From Promethearchaeota archaeon (lineage in GTDB: Archaea; Asgardarchaeota; Lokiarchaeia; Sigyniarchaeales; SOKP01), in NCBI GenBank assembly GCA_030603385.1, contig JAUVXW010000006.1, positions 64,001 through 128,000 on the forward strand: DNA of 64,000 nt, in the 5' to 3' direction. A program made the position numbers and the translations under genes. Positions 28,487 through 38,288 of this stretch are shown here, piece by piece; within the stretch, counting starts at the first letter, position 1; each line of letters begins with the position of its first letter. Under the pieces are notes generated by a model. The model worked only from the letters and a program-made list of their open reading frames with translations. It had not been told where the DNA came from and did no database searches.

Positions 28487-30142
28487 ATGGCAGAATTTGA
28501 TAAAATTAAAGAAGATATGGAAGATTGGCAGAATTCTTATCCAACCAAAAAAGAGCGAAGAAAAAGTTTTAAAAATCTTTCTGATATAGAAATTAAACGT
28601 CTCTATACTCCAAATGATGTTAAAGAGCTTAATTATGAACTAGACTTAGGATTTCCCGGACAATATCCTTTTACTCGAGGAGCGTATCCTAATATGTATA
28701 GAGGCCGATTATGGACTATGAGACAATTTGCCGGTTTTGGAACTGCTGAACAGACTAACAACCGCTATAAATTCTTAATCGAACATGGTCAAACTGGATT
28801 AAGCGTTGCTTTTAGTTTGCACACAATTTATGGTATTGAAGCAACCGATCAAAAGGCTTTGGGAGAAATTGGAAAGGAAGGAGTGGCGATTGATACACTG
28901 AAAGATATGGAAACACTTTTTGATGGTATTGATCTATCGAAGATTAGTACATCCATGACTATTAATGCACCAGCGTCTATTTTATTAGCAATGTACATAG
29001 TGACTGCCGAAAAACAAGGCCATTCTCCTGAGCAATTGAGAGGGACTATTCAAAATGATATTTTAAAGGAATATATCGCGCAGAAGTCATGGATATATCC
29101 CCCAGAACCATCGATGCGTTTAATTGTGGACACGATAGAATACTGTACTAACCATGTTCCACAATGGTATACAATCAGTATAAGTGGATATCATATTCGA
29201 GAGGCGGGTTCAACTGCAGTTCAAGAGTTAGCCTTCACTTTGGCTGATGGTTTTGCTTATGTTGAAGCTGCAATCGAAAGAGGTTTGGATGTTGATGATT
29301 TTGCCCCTCGGTTGTCTTTTTTCTTTAATTCTCATAACAACTTCTTCGAAGAAGTATGTAAATATAGGGCTGCTAGAAGGATTTGGGCTAAACATATGAA
29401 AAATAAATACGGAGCAAAAAAGCCAGAATCCTTGAGACTACGATTCCATACTCAAACAGCGGGGGTTTCTTTAACTGCCCAAGAACCTGAAAATAATATG
29501 GTGAGAGTAACACTTCAGGGTTTAGCTGCTGTTTTAGGAGGGACTCAATCATTACACACGAATTCTTTTGATGAAGCTTTATGTCTTCCTACTGAAAATG
29601 CTGTAAAAATAGCATTAAGGACACAGCAAATCATCGCACACGAATCAGGAGTAACTGATACAGTTGATCCCTTAGCTGGATCTTATTATGTGGAATGGCT
29701 TACAAATAAGATGGAAGAAGAAGCTGAGAATTACTTTCAGCAGATTGATGAATTGGGAGGGGTTATTCCTGCAATAAAAGCCAACTTCTTTCAAAAGGAA
29801 ATAGCAAATGCCTCCTATAAATACCAACAAGAAATTGAGAACAGAGAAAGAACAATAGTCGCTGTAAACCAATATCAACAAAAAGAACCATGTACGATCC
29901 CTTTATTGAAAATTGATGAGGAAGTTGCGAAAGAACAGGTGAATACATTAAATAAAATAAAACAGGAACGAGATAACGATAAGATTCAAGAAAATCTATT
30001 AAAATTGAAAGAAGCCGCTAAAGGAACAGAAAACTTAATGCCTTATATTATGGATGCTATCAGAGTTTATGCCTCTATTGGAGAAATTATTAATACATTA
30101 AAAGAAGTATTTGGAGTATATTTTGAAGACTCGATTTTTTAA
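28487..30142 (+). CDS. B12-dependent acyl-CoA mutase large (substrate-binding) subunit, isobutyryl-CoA mutase-like signature
   Basis: PGQYPFTRG, WTMRQFAGFG, GTIQNDILKEYIAQ, SISGYHIREAG, FHTQTAG and LHTNSFDEAL. Confidence 0.92.
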   Translation: MAEFDKIKEDMEDWQNSYPTKKERRKSFKNLSDIEIKRLYTPNDVKELNYELDLGFPGQYPFTRGAYPNMYRGRLWTMRQFAGFGTAEQTNNRYKFLIEHGQTGLSVAFSLHTIYGIEATDQKALGEIGKEGVAIDTLKDMETLFDGIDLSKISTSMTINAPASILLAMYIVTAEKQGHSPEQLRGTIQNDILKEYIAQKSWIYPPEPSMRLIVDTIEYCTNHVPQWYTISISGYHIREAGSTAVQELAFTLADGFAYVEAAIERGLDVDDFAPRLSFFFNSHNNFFEEVCKYRAARRIWAKHMKNKYGAKKPESLRLRFHTQTAGVSLTAQEPENNMVRVTLQGLAAVLGGTQSLHTNSFDEALCLPTENAVKIALRTQQIIAHESGVTDTVDPLAGSYYVEWLTNKMEEEAENYFQQIDELGGVIPAIKANFFQKEIANASYKYQQEIENRERTIVAVNQYQQKEPCTIPLLKIDEEVAKEQVNTLNKIKQERDNDKIQENLLKLKEAAKGTENLMPYIMDAIRVYASIGEIINTLKEVFGVYFEDSIF

Positions 30143-30156
30143 ATTGGTGAAATTAA

Positions 30157-30586
30157 ATGTCTAAAGATAAAATAATAAAGGTTCTTGTATGTAAGCCTGG
30201 GCTTGACGGGGGTTTTTAGAGCCTCCGGGCTTAACGGGCATGATAGAGGAGCCAAAGTTTTGGCTAGAGCTTTAAGAGATGCGGGAATGGAAGTTATTTA
30301 TACAGGTATCCATCAAACGCCTGATGACATCGTTAATACTGTCATCCAAGAAGATCCTGATGCAGTAATGTTAAGTATATTATCAGGATCTCATAATGCT
30401 CTTTGTCCTATTATTATGCAAAAACTTAAGGAACAAGGTATCGATGATGTCCTTGTAGCTGTTGGAGGTATTATCCCTGATGAAGATAAACCTTTCTTAG
30501 AGGAACAGGGTTTGAAGGGATTTTACGGACCAGGAACTAATTTGAGTACGATTGTTGAATTTGTGAAAAACAACTTAAAAAGATAA
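30157..30586 (+). CDS. Cobalamin-binding small subunit of the acyl-CoA mutase, interrupted by a 28-nt predicted BHB intron
   Basis: GGTGA-6nt-ATG 30157 gives MSKDKIIKVLVCKPGLDG then TAG at 30217. The rest (HDRGAKVLARALRDAGMEVIYTG...) is in the +1 frame. Removing 30206-30233 gives a 133-aa protein with KPGLDGHDRG. Confidence 0.9.
30206..30233 (+). other. Predicted 28-nt canonical BHB mRNA intron
   Basis: Exon helix GCCUG/CGGGC (5 bp), central helix GGCU/GGCU (4 bp), bulges UG^A and UA^A, and intron stem CGGGGGUUU/GAGCCUCCG (9 bp, UUA loop). Confidence 0.85.
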
Positions 30587-30593
30587 CAAAATA

Positions 30594-31586
30594 ATGGATT
30601 ACTCTGATTTAACTAAAAGCTTAATAAAAGGCAATACTCGTGCTGCGGCAAGGTTAATTACTATTGTAGAAAATGATATCGAAGCTGCTGAAGAAATAAT
30701 AAATTCTATTTATCAGTATACAGGTAAAGCCTATATTTTAGGTGTAACTGGATCACCTGGTAGTGGGAAAAGCACTTTTATTTCAACATTAACTAAGAGT
30801 TATATTGACTTAGGTAAGAAAGTTGGAATTATTTGTGTTGATCCGACGTCTCCTTTAACAGGAGGAGCATTATTAGGAGATAGGATTCGTATGAAACAAT
30901 ATTTTTCATTAGATAATGTTTTTATTAGAAGTATGGCAAATCGAGGACAATTGGGTGGGTTGGCGAGAGCAACTGAAGATGTAATCAAAATATTAGATGC
31001 TTATGGATGTGATATAATAATTGTTGAAACCGTCGGTGTTGGACAATCTGAGGTTGATATCTTTAAATCTGCTCACACGGTGGTGGTTTTAGTAGTTCCT
31101 GGATTAGGAGACGAAATTCAAGCAATTAAAGCAGGTATAATGGAAATTACTGATGTTTTCGTTGTTAACAAGATGGACTTGCCTGGAGCAGATAAAAAAG
31201 TGGCTGATATCATGCAGATGCTAGAATTTAAAAAGAGTTATAAATATGAATCTGAAGATATCAGTGATAAATTTGCCAAAATAAATCAATGGACACCAGA
31301 GATCACGAAAGTTAACTCAAAAACAGGAGAAAATTTTGATAAGCTACTCAAACTGATAAATAAACACAAAACCTTTTTACAAGATTCAGGAGTTATCTCA
31401 AATTATATGAAAAATCGAATTAAAAGCGAAACAATCCAGATTTTAAAATATAAATTAACCAAAAAAGCCGAAGAATTAATAAATTCTAATAATAAAATTG
31501 AGGAATTTATTGAAAAAGCAATTAAAAAGTCTTTGGATCCTTATTCTTTAGCGGGAGAAATTTTAAAACTCTTTTTTGAAAAATAG
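30594..31586 (+). CDS. meaB: MeaB/ArgK G-protein chaperone for B12 mutases
   Basis: GVTGSPGSGKST, VDPTSPLTGGALLGDRIRM, ETVGVGQSE and VNKMD. Confidence 0.93.
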   Translation: MDYSDLTKSLIKGNTRAAARLITIVENDIEAAEEIINSIYQYTGKAYILGVTGSPGSGKSTFISTLTKSYIDLGKKVGIICVDPTSPLTGGALLGDRIRMKQYFSLDNVFIRSMANRGQLGGLARATEDVIKILDAYGCDIIIVETVGVGQSEVDIFKSAHTVVVLVVPGLGDEIQAIKAGIMEITDVFVVNKMDLPGADKKVADIMQMLEFKKSYKYESEDISDKFAKINQWTPEITKVNSKTGENFDKLLKLINKHKTFLQDSGVISNYMKNRIKSETIQILKYKLTKKAEELINSNNKIEEFIEKAIKKSLDPYSLAGEILKLFFEK

Positions 31587-31591
31587 ATCAA

Positions 31592-31846
31592 TTAGGATTT
31601 CTTTTTTGGGTCAATCCATTCAGAATAAATTTCTATAAGTGTCAAAGATTTACTCCTCTGGCATTTCTCGCATTCTTCATCTGTGAGTTTTTTGAATACA
31701 AAATCTCCAGCTTTGAATTGTCTTAAGAAATCCGCTTGACATGCACTGCATTTTATAACACTATGCTTTTTCTCAACAAATCTTTTCTTTCGGTCTAATA
31801 TATCTCCCACCGCAGGAATTGGGGGAAACTGTGGCTCGTCGCTCAT
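31592..31846 (-). CDS. Small zinc-finger protein
   Basis: CSAC...FKAGDFVFK...CEKC; 84 aa. Confidence 0.7.
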   Translation of the reverse strand: MSDEPQFPPIPAVGDILDRKKRFVEKKHSVIKCSACQADFLRQFKAGDFVFKKLTDEECEKCQRSKSLTLIEIYSEWIDPKKKS

Positions 31847-31983
31847 TGTGTGTTTACCTTATTTATTATTTCAAAAATAGTGTTATTCTAATTATTATTA
31901 TGTAATAAAACAATACAATCCTATTAACTTTTTAGGTTTAATTCTAAAATATTAAAAATTAAATTAAGAAAAAAAATTTGATT

Positions 31984-33696
31984 TTAAATTACGAACCAAT
32001 AATAAAAGCAAACTGCGCCTATTAAAAATGCTAAAACTACCCAGAAATATCGTAAATGCTTCGCATAATTTCTATGTCGACGTCCTTGTTCTGTTTCAAT
32101 AGTATCTACTTGAATATATGGTGAAGGTCCTCTTCTATACCATCCTTTTATTCTGACTCGCTGTCCTACAATTTTTCTGACAGTTCTAAGGGCGAAGATC
32201 ATATCTACAATGCCAATGCCGAACCGATAATCCACGTAAAGCAAGCCACTTTCATCTTGAAAATACATATCATCGCTGAAGTAATACCCTGGAACTCCTC
32301 TTCCAACAATTTTTCCCTCTATAATTGCAGGTACTGATCTCATTGGACTTGCTTTTACATTAGTTACGAGGTCAACTACTTTTTTCGGTTCAAAACCACT
32401 CTTATACATATACTTTATTTTTATTATCGAACCAAAGCCAATTAAATAGAAGCCAATTGCCCACATTAACAAAATAAATTTCGCATTTAAGAAGGGTATT
32501 GTAATAAGTTCAGCGAGGCTAAAGAGCCATGCAATTGTTACTCCAAGTAGCGCAACAAAGATAAGAGTAGGAAGTGCCTTCATAAATATATCCCAGAGGA
32601 ATTGATCCCACAATGTTTTTCCTGCTTGTTCTTCTGCAATTTCTTTTGCGTGAGAGAAATCAATCTCAGGTTTTTTACCGTAAAATTCGCACTGCTCGTT
32701 CAGTCGCTGAATTCTTCTTGCAGGTAATGGGTGTGTAGAGAGAAATTGGAAATATTTTGCCCAAGGGTTATATAAATCCCATGCTGCAGCTGCTTCAATA
32801 GCGTCCATAGATAGAACTCCTTTAGTAGTTACACTTATAATACCTAAACCTTTTGCTGTGTTTGGATCAAAAATTCCTAATCCCCTAAGGGCTCGAACTT
32901 TTGATCTATTTCTTTCTTTAACATTTGTGTTAATATCTCTGTCGACTAATAATCCGTAAGCAATCTTAACTAGGCCTGTTGATAAAGCATTCGGATCTTC
33001 CAACACTTCTGCTGCATGTTGGTCAGCGTAATACTCACGAACCCTACTTACCATTAGTGATATTAAATATCCTAAATAGTAGCTAATGTAGGATAACACT
33101 GCGACTGCAATTAATAAAAGATATAAAACGTTAGCATCGTCATCACTTGAACGTCTTCTTCCTGAAAACATACTTGTATACCAAGCCCACCTCGCAATCG
33201 TTAACAATACTAATGGTATCGCAAAGACAATCGTCATAATTATGAAATCCGAATGCACTACATGACCTAATTCATGTGAAAAAACCGCATTCTGCTCTTT
33301 TTCATTTAGATATTCTAAGATCCCATCCGTAATAACAACTCTAGCATTGTTTTTGGTGTGACCAAAAGTAAAAGCATTTGGATTTAGATCATGAATTATA
33401 CCAAACCGAGGCCGCTTTATACCGTTATATGCTACTACTTTATCGAGAGAATCTGCCATATGAGGAAAGCGCGCAGCAAATTCTTCATAAGGAATCCAAT
33501 CGATTCTATAAATCCACTGAATTATATAAGGTGATATTCCATATTGAAACAAGATTATAAGCAATGTGAACCCAACCATGAATATTAAGCCGAATAAGTT
33601 AGAAGGCAAGAACCATACACCAATTACAAACACAACTGCGTAAAGAAGTGCAAATAAGGCAGTTATAGCCATTCCTGAAGCCAATCTTAATCCTAT
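31984..33696 (-). CDS. htpX: M48/HtpX-family membrane zinc metalloprotease with C-terminal extension; probable ATA start
   Basis: PNAFTFG, HELGH, SRVREYYAD and STHP. GGTGA lies 6 nt before ATA 33696. Confidence 0.88.
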   Translation of the reverse strand: MGLRLASGMAITALFALLYAVVFVIGVWFLPSNLFGLIFMVGFTLLIILFQYGISPYIIQWIYRIDWIPYEEFAARFPHMADSLDKVVAYNGIKRPRFGIIHDLNPNAFTFGHTKNNARVVITDGILEYLNEKEQNAVFSHELGHVVHSDFIIMTIVFAIPLVLLTIARWAWYTSMFSGRRRSSDDDANVLYLLLIAVAVLSYISYYLGYLISLMVSRVREYYADQHAAEVLEDPNALSTGLVKIAYGLLVDRDINTNVKERNRSKVRALRGLGIFDPNTAKGLGIISVTTKGVLSMDAIEAAAAWDLYNPWAKYFQFLSTHPLPARRIQRLNEQCEFYGKKPEIDFSHAKEIAEEQAGKTLWDQFLWDIFMKALPTLIFVALLGVTIAWLFSLAELITIPFLNAKFILLMWAIGFYLIGFGSIIKIKYMYKSGFEPKKVVDLVTNVKASPMRSVPAIIEGKIVGRGVPGYYFSDDMYFQDESGLLYVDYRFGIGIVDMIFALRTVRKIVGQRVRIKGWYRRGPSPYIQVDTIETEQGRRHRNYAKHLRYFWVVLAFLIGAVCFYYWFVI

Positions 33697-33851
33697 TATT
33701 TTTCACCTATAGTTAGTAAAATCTTTTAAATTTTTTAGTATAAATTTCTCTAATTTATTATTAAATTGGGATTATGTAATATTGTAAAATCAAATTAATA
33801 TTCTTTTAGGTTCAATTTAAAAGAAGTCAAATTAATAAAGATAATTATGAC

Positions 33852-34685
33852 TTAAGTTGATTTTTCGTTTTCCTTATCTTTTTTATGCTTCTTTGATTTC
33901 TTTTCTTTAACTTTTTTTTCATGAGGTTCTTCTTCAAACTCAGTTTCTTCTAAATCAGATCCTTCAGCTTCTACTTCTTCAACTACTTCTTCCTTCGGTT
34001 CTGGTTCAGGAGGTTTAGGTTTTCGGGAGACTACTACTTTAGTATAACGTATAACTTCCTTACCATACTTAAAACCATCTTGAATGATTTCGACAATGCT
34101 ATTCTCTGGTAAGTCTTCTTTTTCGACTGAAGTTAACGCTTCATGTAGACTATAATCGAAGGCATCATTAACTTTAACCCCAATTGGTTCAGCCCCATAT
34201 GATTTGAAAACATTCATAAATTGACTATAAAAACCATTAAGGATATTTTTTTCAGTTTCATTCGCACTATTAATAGCTTTCTTAAACGAGTCATATAAAG
34301 GCAAGAATCTCTTCAAGACAGAAGCAGTATATTGAGTTCTTAAATCTTGTCGAGAATTATTCCAGCGCTTCTGAGCATTTTCAAATTCAGCTTGTAAATG
34401 CATGTATTTATTTTTAGAGTCATCGTTTTCTTTCTGTAATTTTTGGGATTTGTCTTTAATTTCTGTAAGTTCCTTCTCTAAATTTTTAACTTTTTCAAGA
34501 GTTTCTTCTTTGGAAAAATATTCTAATTCAAAATGTTCCTTTTCTTCAAGTAGTTTGACTTCTTCAGATTTTATAACACTTTTTAAATCAGACTCATCTT
34601 CAATATCTTCTTTTTCAGAGATACTTTTCATTTCTTCTGATGATGTTTCCTTTGTATCATTGTTGCTTTCTTCGGTCATATTCAA
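33852..34685 (-). CDS. grpE: Nucleotide exchange factor GrpE
   Basis: LQAEFENAQKR, FDYSLHEAL and QDGFKYGKEVIR. Confidence 0.92.
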   Translation of the reverse strand: MNMTEESNNDTKETSSEEMKSISEKEDIEDESDLKSVIKSEEVKLLEEKEHFELEYFSKEETLEKVKNLEKELTEIKDKSQKLQKENDDSKNKYMHLQAEFENAQKRWNNSRQDLRTQYTASVLKRFLPLYDSFKKAINSANETEKNILNGFYSQFMNVFKSYGAEPIGVKVNDAFDYSLHEALTSVEKEDLPENSIVEIIQDGFKYGKEVIRYTKVVVSRKPKPPEPEPKEEVVEEVEAEGSDLEETEFEEEPHEKKVKEKKSKKHKKDKENEKST

Positions 34686-34904
34686 ATCCCTTAAATAAAT
34701 ATGAATATATGATTAAAAATTGATTGTATTTTTTATTTTTTATGATATTGAGATCTTTATAAATAAAATTTTTAACTCTATTTTAATTAATATTTAATTA
34801 GCAATAGTAAATTTACAAATTTATAAACATTAAATTATTAAATATTCGAAAACCTTTGAAATTTAGTAATACTCATGATTCTAAGAATAAGAGATGTTTG
34901 AAGT

Positions 34905-36920
34905 ATGAGTGAAGAAGAAAAAGAAGAACCAAGAAAAACTACTCACAAAGAGAAAATCATTGGGATTGATTTGGGAACGTCAAATAGCGCTTGTGCAGTT
35001 TTAGGCGGTACAGGTCAACCCGAAATAATCCCAGCAGCCGAAGGACGAACTTTAGGTGGTAAAGCATTTCCTTCCTATGTCGCTTTTGATGAAAGTGGTC
35101 GCAAAATTGTTGGAGAACCAGCAAGACGCCAAGCGGTATCTAATCCTGATGGTACCATTACGGCAATTAAACGCAAAATGGGCACTAGCTACAAAGCGAA
35201 ATTAAAGGTAGGGGATAAAACTCAAGAATTCTCACCAGAAGAAATAAGCGCTATGATTCTTAAAAAAATAAAGACTGATGCATCAGCTTATTTAGGAGAA
35301 GAAGTTAAGAAAGCAGTCATCACTGTTCCTGCTTATTTTAATGATGCACAACGAACTGCCACTAAAAATGCGGGTGAGATCGCCGGACTAGAAGTTGTTA
35401 GAATGATTAACGAACCTACAGCGGCTTGCTTGGCTTATGGACTTGATAAAGATACAAAAGATAAGCTTATCAAAATCTGCGTTCTGGACCTCGGGGGCGG
35501 TACATTCGATATAACAATCATGGAGTATGGATCTGGGGTGGTAGAAGTAATGTCAACCGCAGGAGACACTCGACTGGGAGGCACTGATATGGATAATGCT
35601 ATTATTGACTGGGTGACTGAAGATTTTAAAAAGAAAGAGGGTATCGATTTAAAGGGTGATAGTAAAGCATGGATAAGAATTAAGGATGCTGGTGAAAAGG
35701 CAAAAATTGAATTATCTACAACTTTATCAACTACTATAAATTTACCTTATTTGTCACAAAAAGAAGGCAACCCAGTGCATTTAACCATGGAGCTTACAAG
35801 AGCAAAATTAGAATCTTTGATTGAACCTACACTCCGAAGACTGGATCCAATAATGCGAAGAGCTGTTTCTGATGCAAAGATATCGGTAAATGATGTAGAG
35901 AAGATTATTTTAGTAGGGGGACCTACTCGAATGCCTTCTGTTCAGGAGAGATTTAAGAAATTCTTTGGAAGAGAACCAGATCATTCAGTTGATCCTATGG
36001 AATGTGTCGCAATAGGCGCTTCAATACAAGCTGGTATTATTGCTGGTGATGTAGAAGACCTTCTCTTATTGGATGTTACTCCACTTTCATTAGGAGTTGA
36101 GACCCTTGGTGCAGTTTTTACAAAATTAATAGAGAGAAATTCCACAATCCCAACAGAGAAAAGTCAAGTTTTTAGTACAGCAGCAGACAATCAACCAGCA
36201 GTTACTATAAATGTTCTTCAAGGAGAACGAGCAATGGCAAAAGATAATATTCCATTAGGCATGTTTCATTTGACAGGCATTCCTCCTGCTCGAAGGGGTA
36301 TACCACAAATAGAAGTTAAGTTTTCCATTGACGCCGATGGTATTGTTCATGTCAACGCCAAAGATCTTGGTACAGGAAAAGAAACAGGAATAACAGTAAC
36401 TGGCGCTCAAGGTTTAACTCCCGAGGAGATTGAAGAAAAGATTAGAACTGCTTCACAATTTGAAGAAGAAGATAAGAAAGTAAAGGAACTAGTCGAAGCA
36501 AAAAACACGGCCGATTCTATGATTTATCAGACAAGAAAATTAATGGAAGATAATAAAGACAAGATCCAAGAAAATGAAAAGAACGAAATTGAAGCGGCAA
36601 TAACATCATTGGAAGAAGATATAAAATCTGAGGATGTAAGTCGAATTAAAATGGGTATTGAAAATCTCCAAAAATCCATGCATGGTTTTTCCCAAAGGAT
36701 TTATCAAACTCAAGCACAAGATCAAGTTTATCAACAAGCAGCGGACCAAGCTCAACGAGCAGCTGGTGGTATGGGAGATATACCACCTGGTGGACTGGGT
36801 GGAGTCCCCCCGGGAGGTATGGGTGACACGGGTGCTGGTGGAGCAACTTACAAATCAGATAAAGAAAAAGAAGAAGACAAGAAAAAGAAAGTCGTAGACG
36901 TGGACTGGGACGAGGATTGA
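34905..36920 (+). CDS. dnaK: Chaperone DnaK (Hsp70)
   Basis: [36 protein letters not shown] and [12 protein letters not shown]. Confidence 0.98.
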   Translation: MSEEEKEEPRKTTHKEKIIGIDLGTSNSACAVLGGTGQPEIIPAAEGRTLGGKAFPSYVAFDESGRKIVGEPARRQAVSNPDGTITAIKRKMGTSYKAKLKVGDKTQEFSPEEISAMILKKIKTDASAYLGEEVKKAVITVPAYFNDAQRTATKNAGEIAGLEVVRMINEPTAACLAYGLDKDTKDKLIKICVLDLGGGTFDITIMEYGSGVVEVMSTAGDTRLGGTDMDNAIIDWVTEDFKKKEGIDLKGDSKAWIRIKDAGEKAKIELSTTLSTTINLPYLSQKEGNPVHLTMELTRAKLESLIEPTLRRLDPIMRRAVSDAKISVNDVEKIILVGGPTRMPSVQERFKKFFGREPDHSVDPMECVAIGASIQAGIIAGDVEDLLLLDVTPLSLGVETLGAVFTKLIERNSTIPTEKSQVFSTAADNQPAVTINVLQGERAMAKDNIPLGMFHLTGIPPARRGIPQIEVKFSIDADGIVHVNAKDLGTGKETGITVTGAQGLTPEEIEEKIRTASQFEEEDKKVKELVEAKNTADSMIYQTRKLMEDNKDKIQENEKNEIEAAITSLEEDIKSEDVSRIKMGIENLQKSMHGFSQRIYQTQAQDQVYQQAADQAQRAAGGMGDIPPGGLGGVPPGGMGDTGAGGATYKSDKEKEEDKKKKVVDVDWDED

Positions 36921-37086
36921 GCCCCAATCATTTAGTTAGATGATCTTCAGATAACATCATATAATCAACCATTTTTTACATTATTTATTTTATGTCTAAT
37001 CTCAATAATTAGTAGGTGGTTTTAACAAATAATTGAATTTTTAGACGACTGTGTTTTTTATAGACCTAATTTAAAAATTAATTCTA

Positions 37087-38139
37087 TCATTGAGTAGTAA
37101 CTCGGCGATTTTTATGATCAATTACGTTTTTACTAATTTCATTCTTATATTTATCAATATTCTCAATTCTTTCTAAGCAATAGAATTCCACTTCTCTTAA
37201 ATCACTCTTATTTTGTTCATCTTCAATATTTTCATTTAGAATAGCTAATACCCAATCTGTCAGATCTTCAAGGATTCTATAATAAAAATAAAAGAGGAGA
37301 ACTTCCCTATTTAATTTTATGTTTCCGTAAATTTTTTCATAACTGCTGAGAAAAAGAGTTGGGTTATCCCATAAATAAAACCAAAGATCATGTTCTTTAG
37401 GGGCTAATTTTACCCCATCCCAATCTATCAAAAATACATCATGGTTCTCATTTATAATTAAATTCAGATGGATGGGATCAGTATGACAAATTACAAAATC
37501 TGGTTCCTTTATTCTAATAGATTTACTCAATATAATTGTTTTTTTTAGTAATCTAAGAATTTCATTTTTCTTTGGTATTAATAATTTAGCTAGTTTTATT
37601 TTGTACTTATTATTTAGTCTTTTAATTTGTTCTAATATATTAATTCCATTAATTAATTCATCTTTAAATCCAACATTAAATTTCTCTTTAAGTGCCTTCT
37701 CTTGTTCTATTTTGTTTGTATTTTTATGTACAGATGCAAGTAATTTCGAAACATTGACAAGTTCCTTATTGCTCAATTTAATATTATCTTGGTTTTTACC
37801 TTCGATAAAATTAAAAATAACTAAGGGATTGTGCTCAAAATAAGTTTTCAATTCACCAGCTTTAGTTAATAGAGGGTAAGAGATGTGTTTTATAGAGCAT
37901 TTAGTGTATAAATCATAACAAACCCTTAAACTAAAATCTAAATTCTGAATACTGATCTTAGCAAGCCTAGTAGCGGGATATATTTTAATGAAGTATTTTT
38001 TATTCTCCTTGCATTGAGCCACAAAACTTAATCCTACCGCTCCTTTAGGCATATATTTGATTTCCTCAATTTCAAATCCATATTCTTTCAGAATTGTTTG
38101 CGTTAGTTTCTGTGTATTAATTTTTGGTTCGATTTTCAT
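37087..38139 (-). CDS. Aminoglycoside phosphotransferase-like kinase (APH family)
   Basis: CHTDPIHLN catalytic loop and IDWD. Confidence 0.8.
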   Translation of the reverse strand: MKIEPKINTQKLTQTILKEYGFEIEEIKYMPKGAVGLSFVAQCKENKKYFIKIYPATRLAKISIQNLDFSLRVCYDLYTKCSIKHISYPLLTKAGELKTYFEHNPLVIFNFIEGKNQDNIKLSNKELVNVSKLLASVHKNTNKIEQEKALKEKFNVGFKDELINGINILEQIKRLNNKYKIKLAKLLIPKKNEILRLLKKTIILSKSIRIKEPDFVICHTDPIHLNLIINENHDVFLIDWDGVKLAPKEHDLWFYLWDNPTLFLSSYEKIYGNIKLNREVLLFYFYYRILEDLTDWVLAILNENIEDEQNKSDLREVEFYCLERIENIDKYKNEISKNVIDHKNRRVTTQ

Positions 38140-38288
38140 TGTTTAATTTCCTTATTGAATAATTCATAAATTTATATGATTAACAATATAAAAATTCTAT
38201 AGTTCTCTCACTATTCCATTTTTTGAATCCCTTATCACTTTCTTGATTTCTGTTTTTTCCAACCACTTAATTTTAACGGATTATATAT

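Noticed and set aside
30185-30205. ORF-track start MYVSLGLTGVFRAS for the B12-binding subunit
   Set aside because: This is the wrong-frame reading of exon 1 plus intron. The family-like N-terminus (KVLVCKPGLD) is in the ATG 30157 frame, which has an RBS.
30208-30238. +1 frameshift at TTT-TAG or GGG-to-GGG ribosomal hop as the explanation for the mutase small subunit
   Set aside because: The frameshift would leave a 9-aa insert and an Asn in place of the DxHxxG Asp. A hop would not explain the complete BHB geometry. Both are disfavoured but not formally excluded.
36760-36845. Gly/Pro-rich repeats at the dnaK 3' end
   Set aside because: Ordinary low-complexity Hsp70 C-terminal tail.
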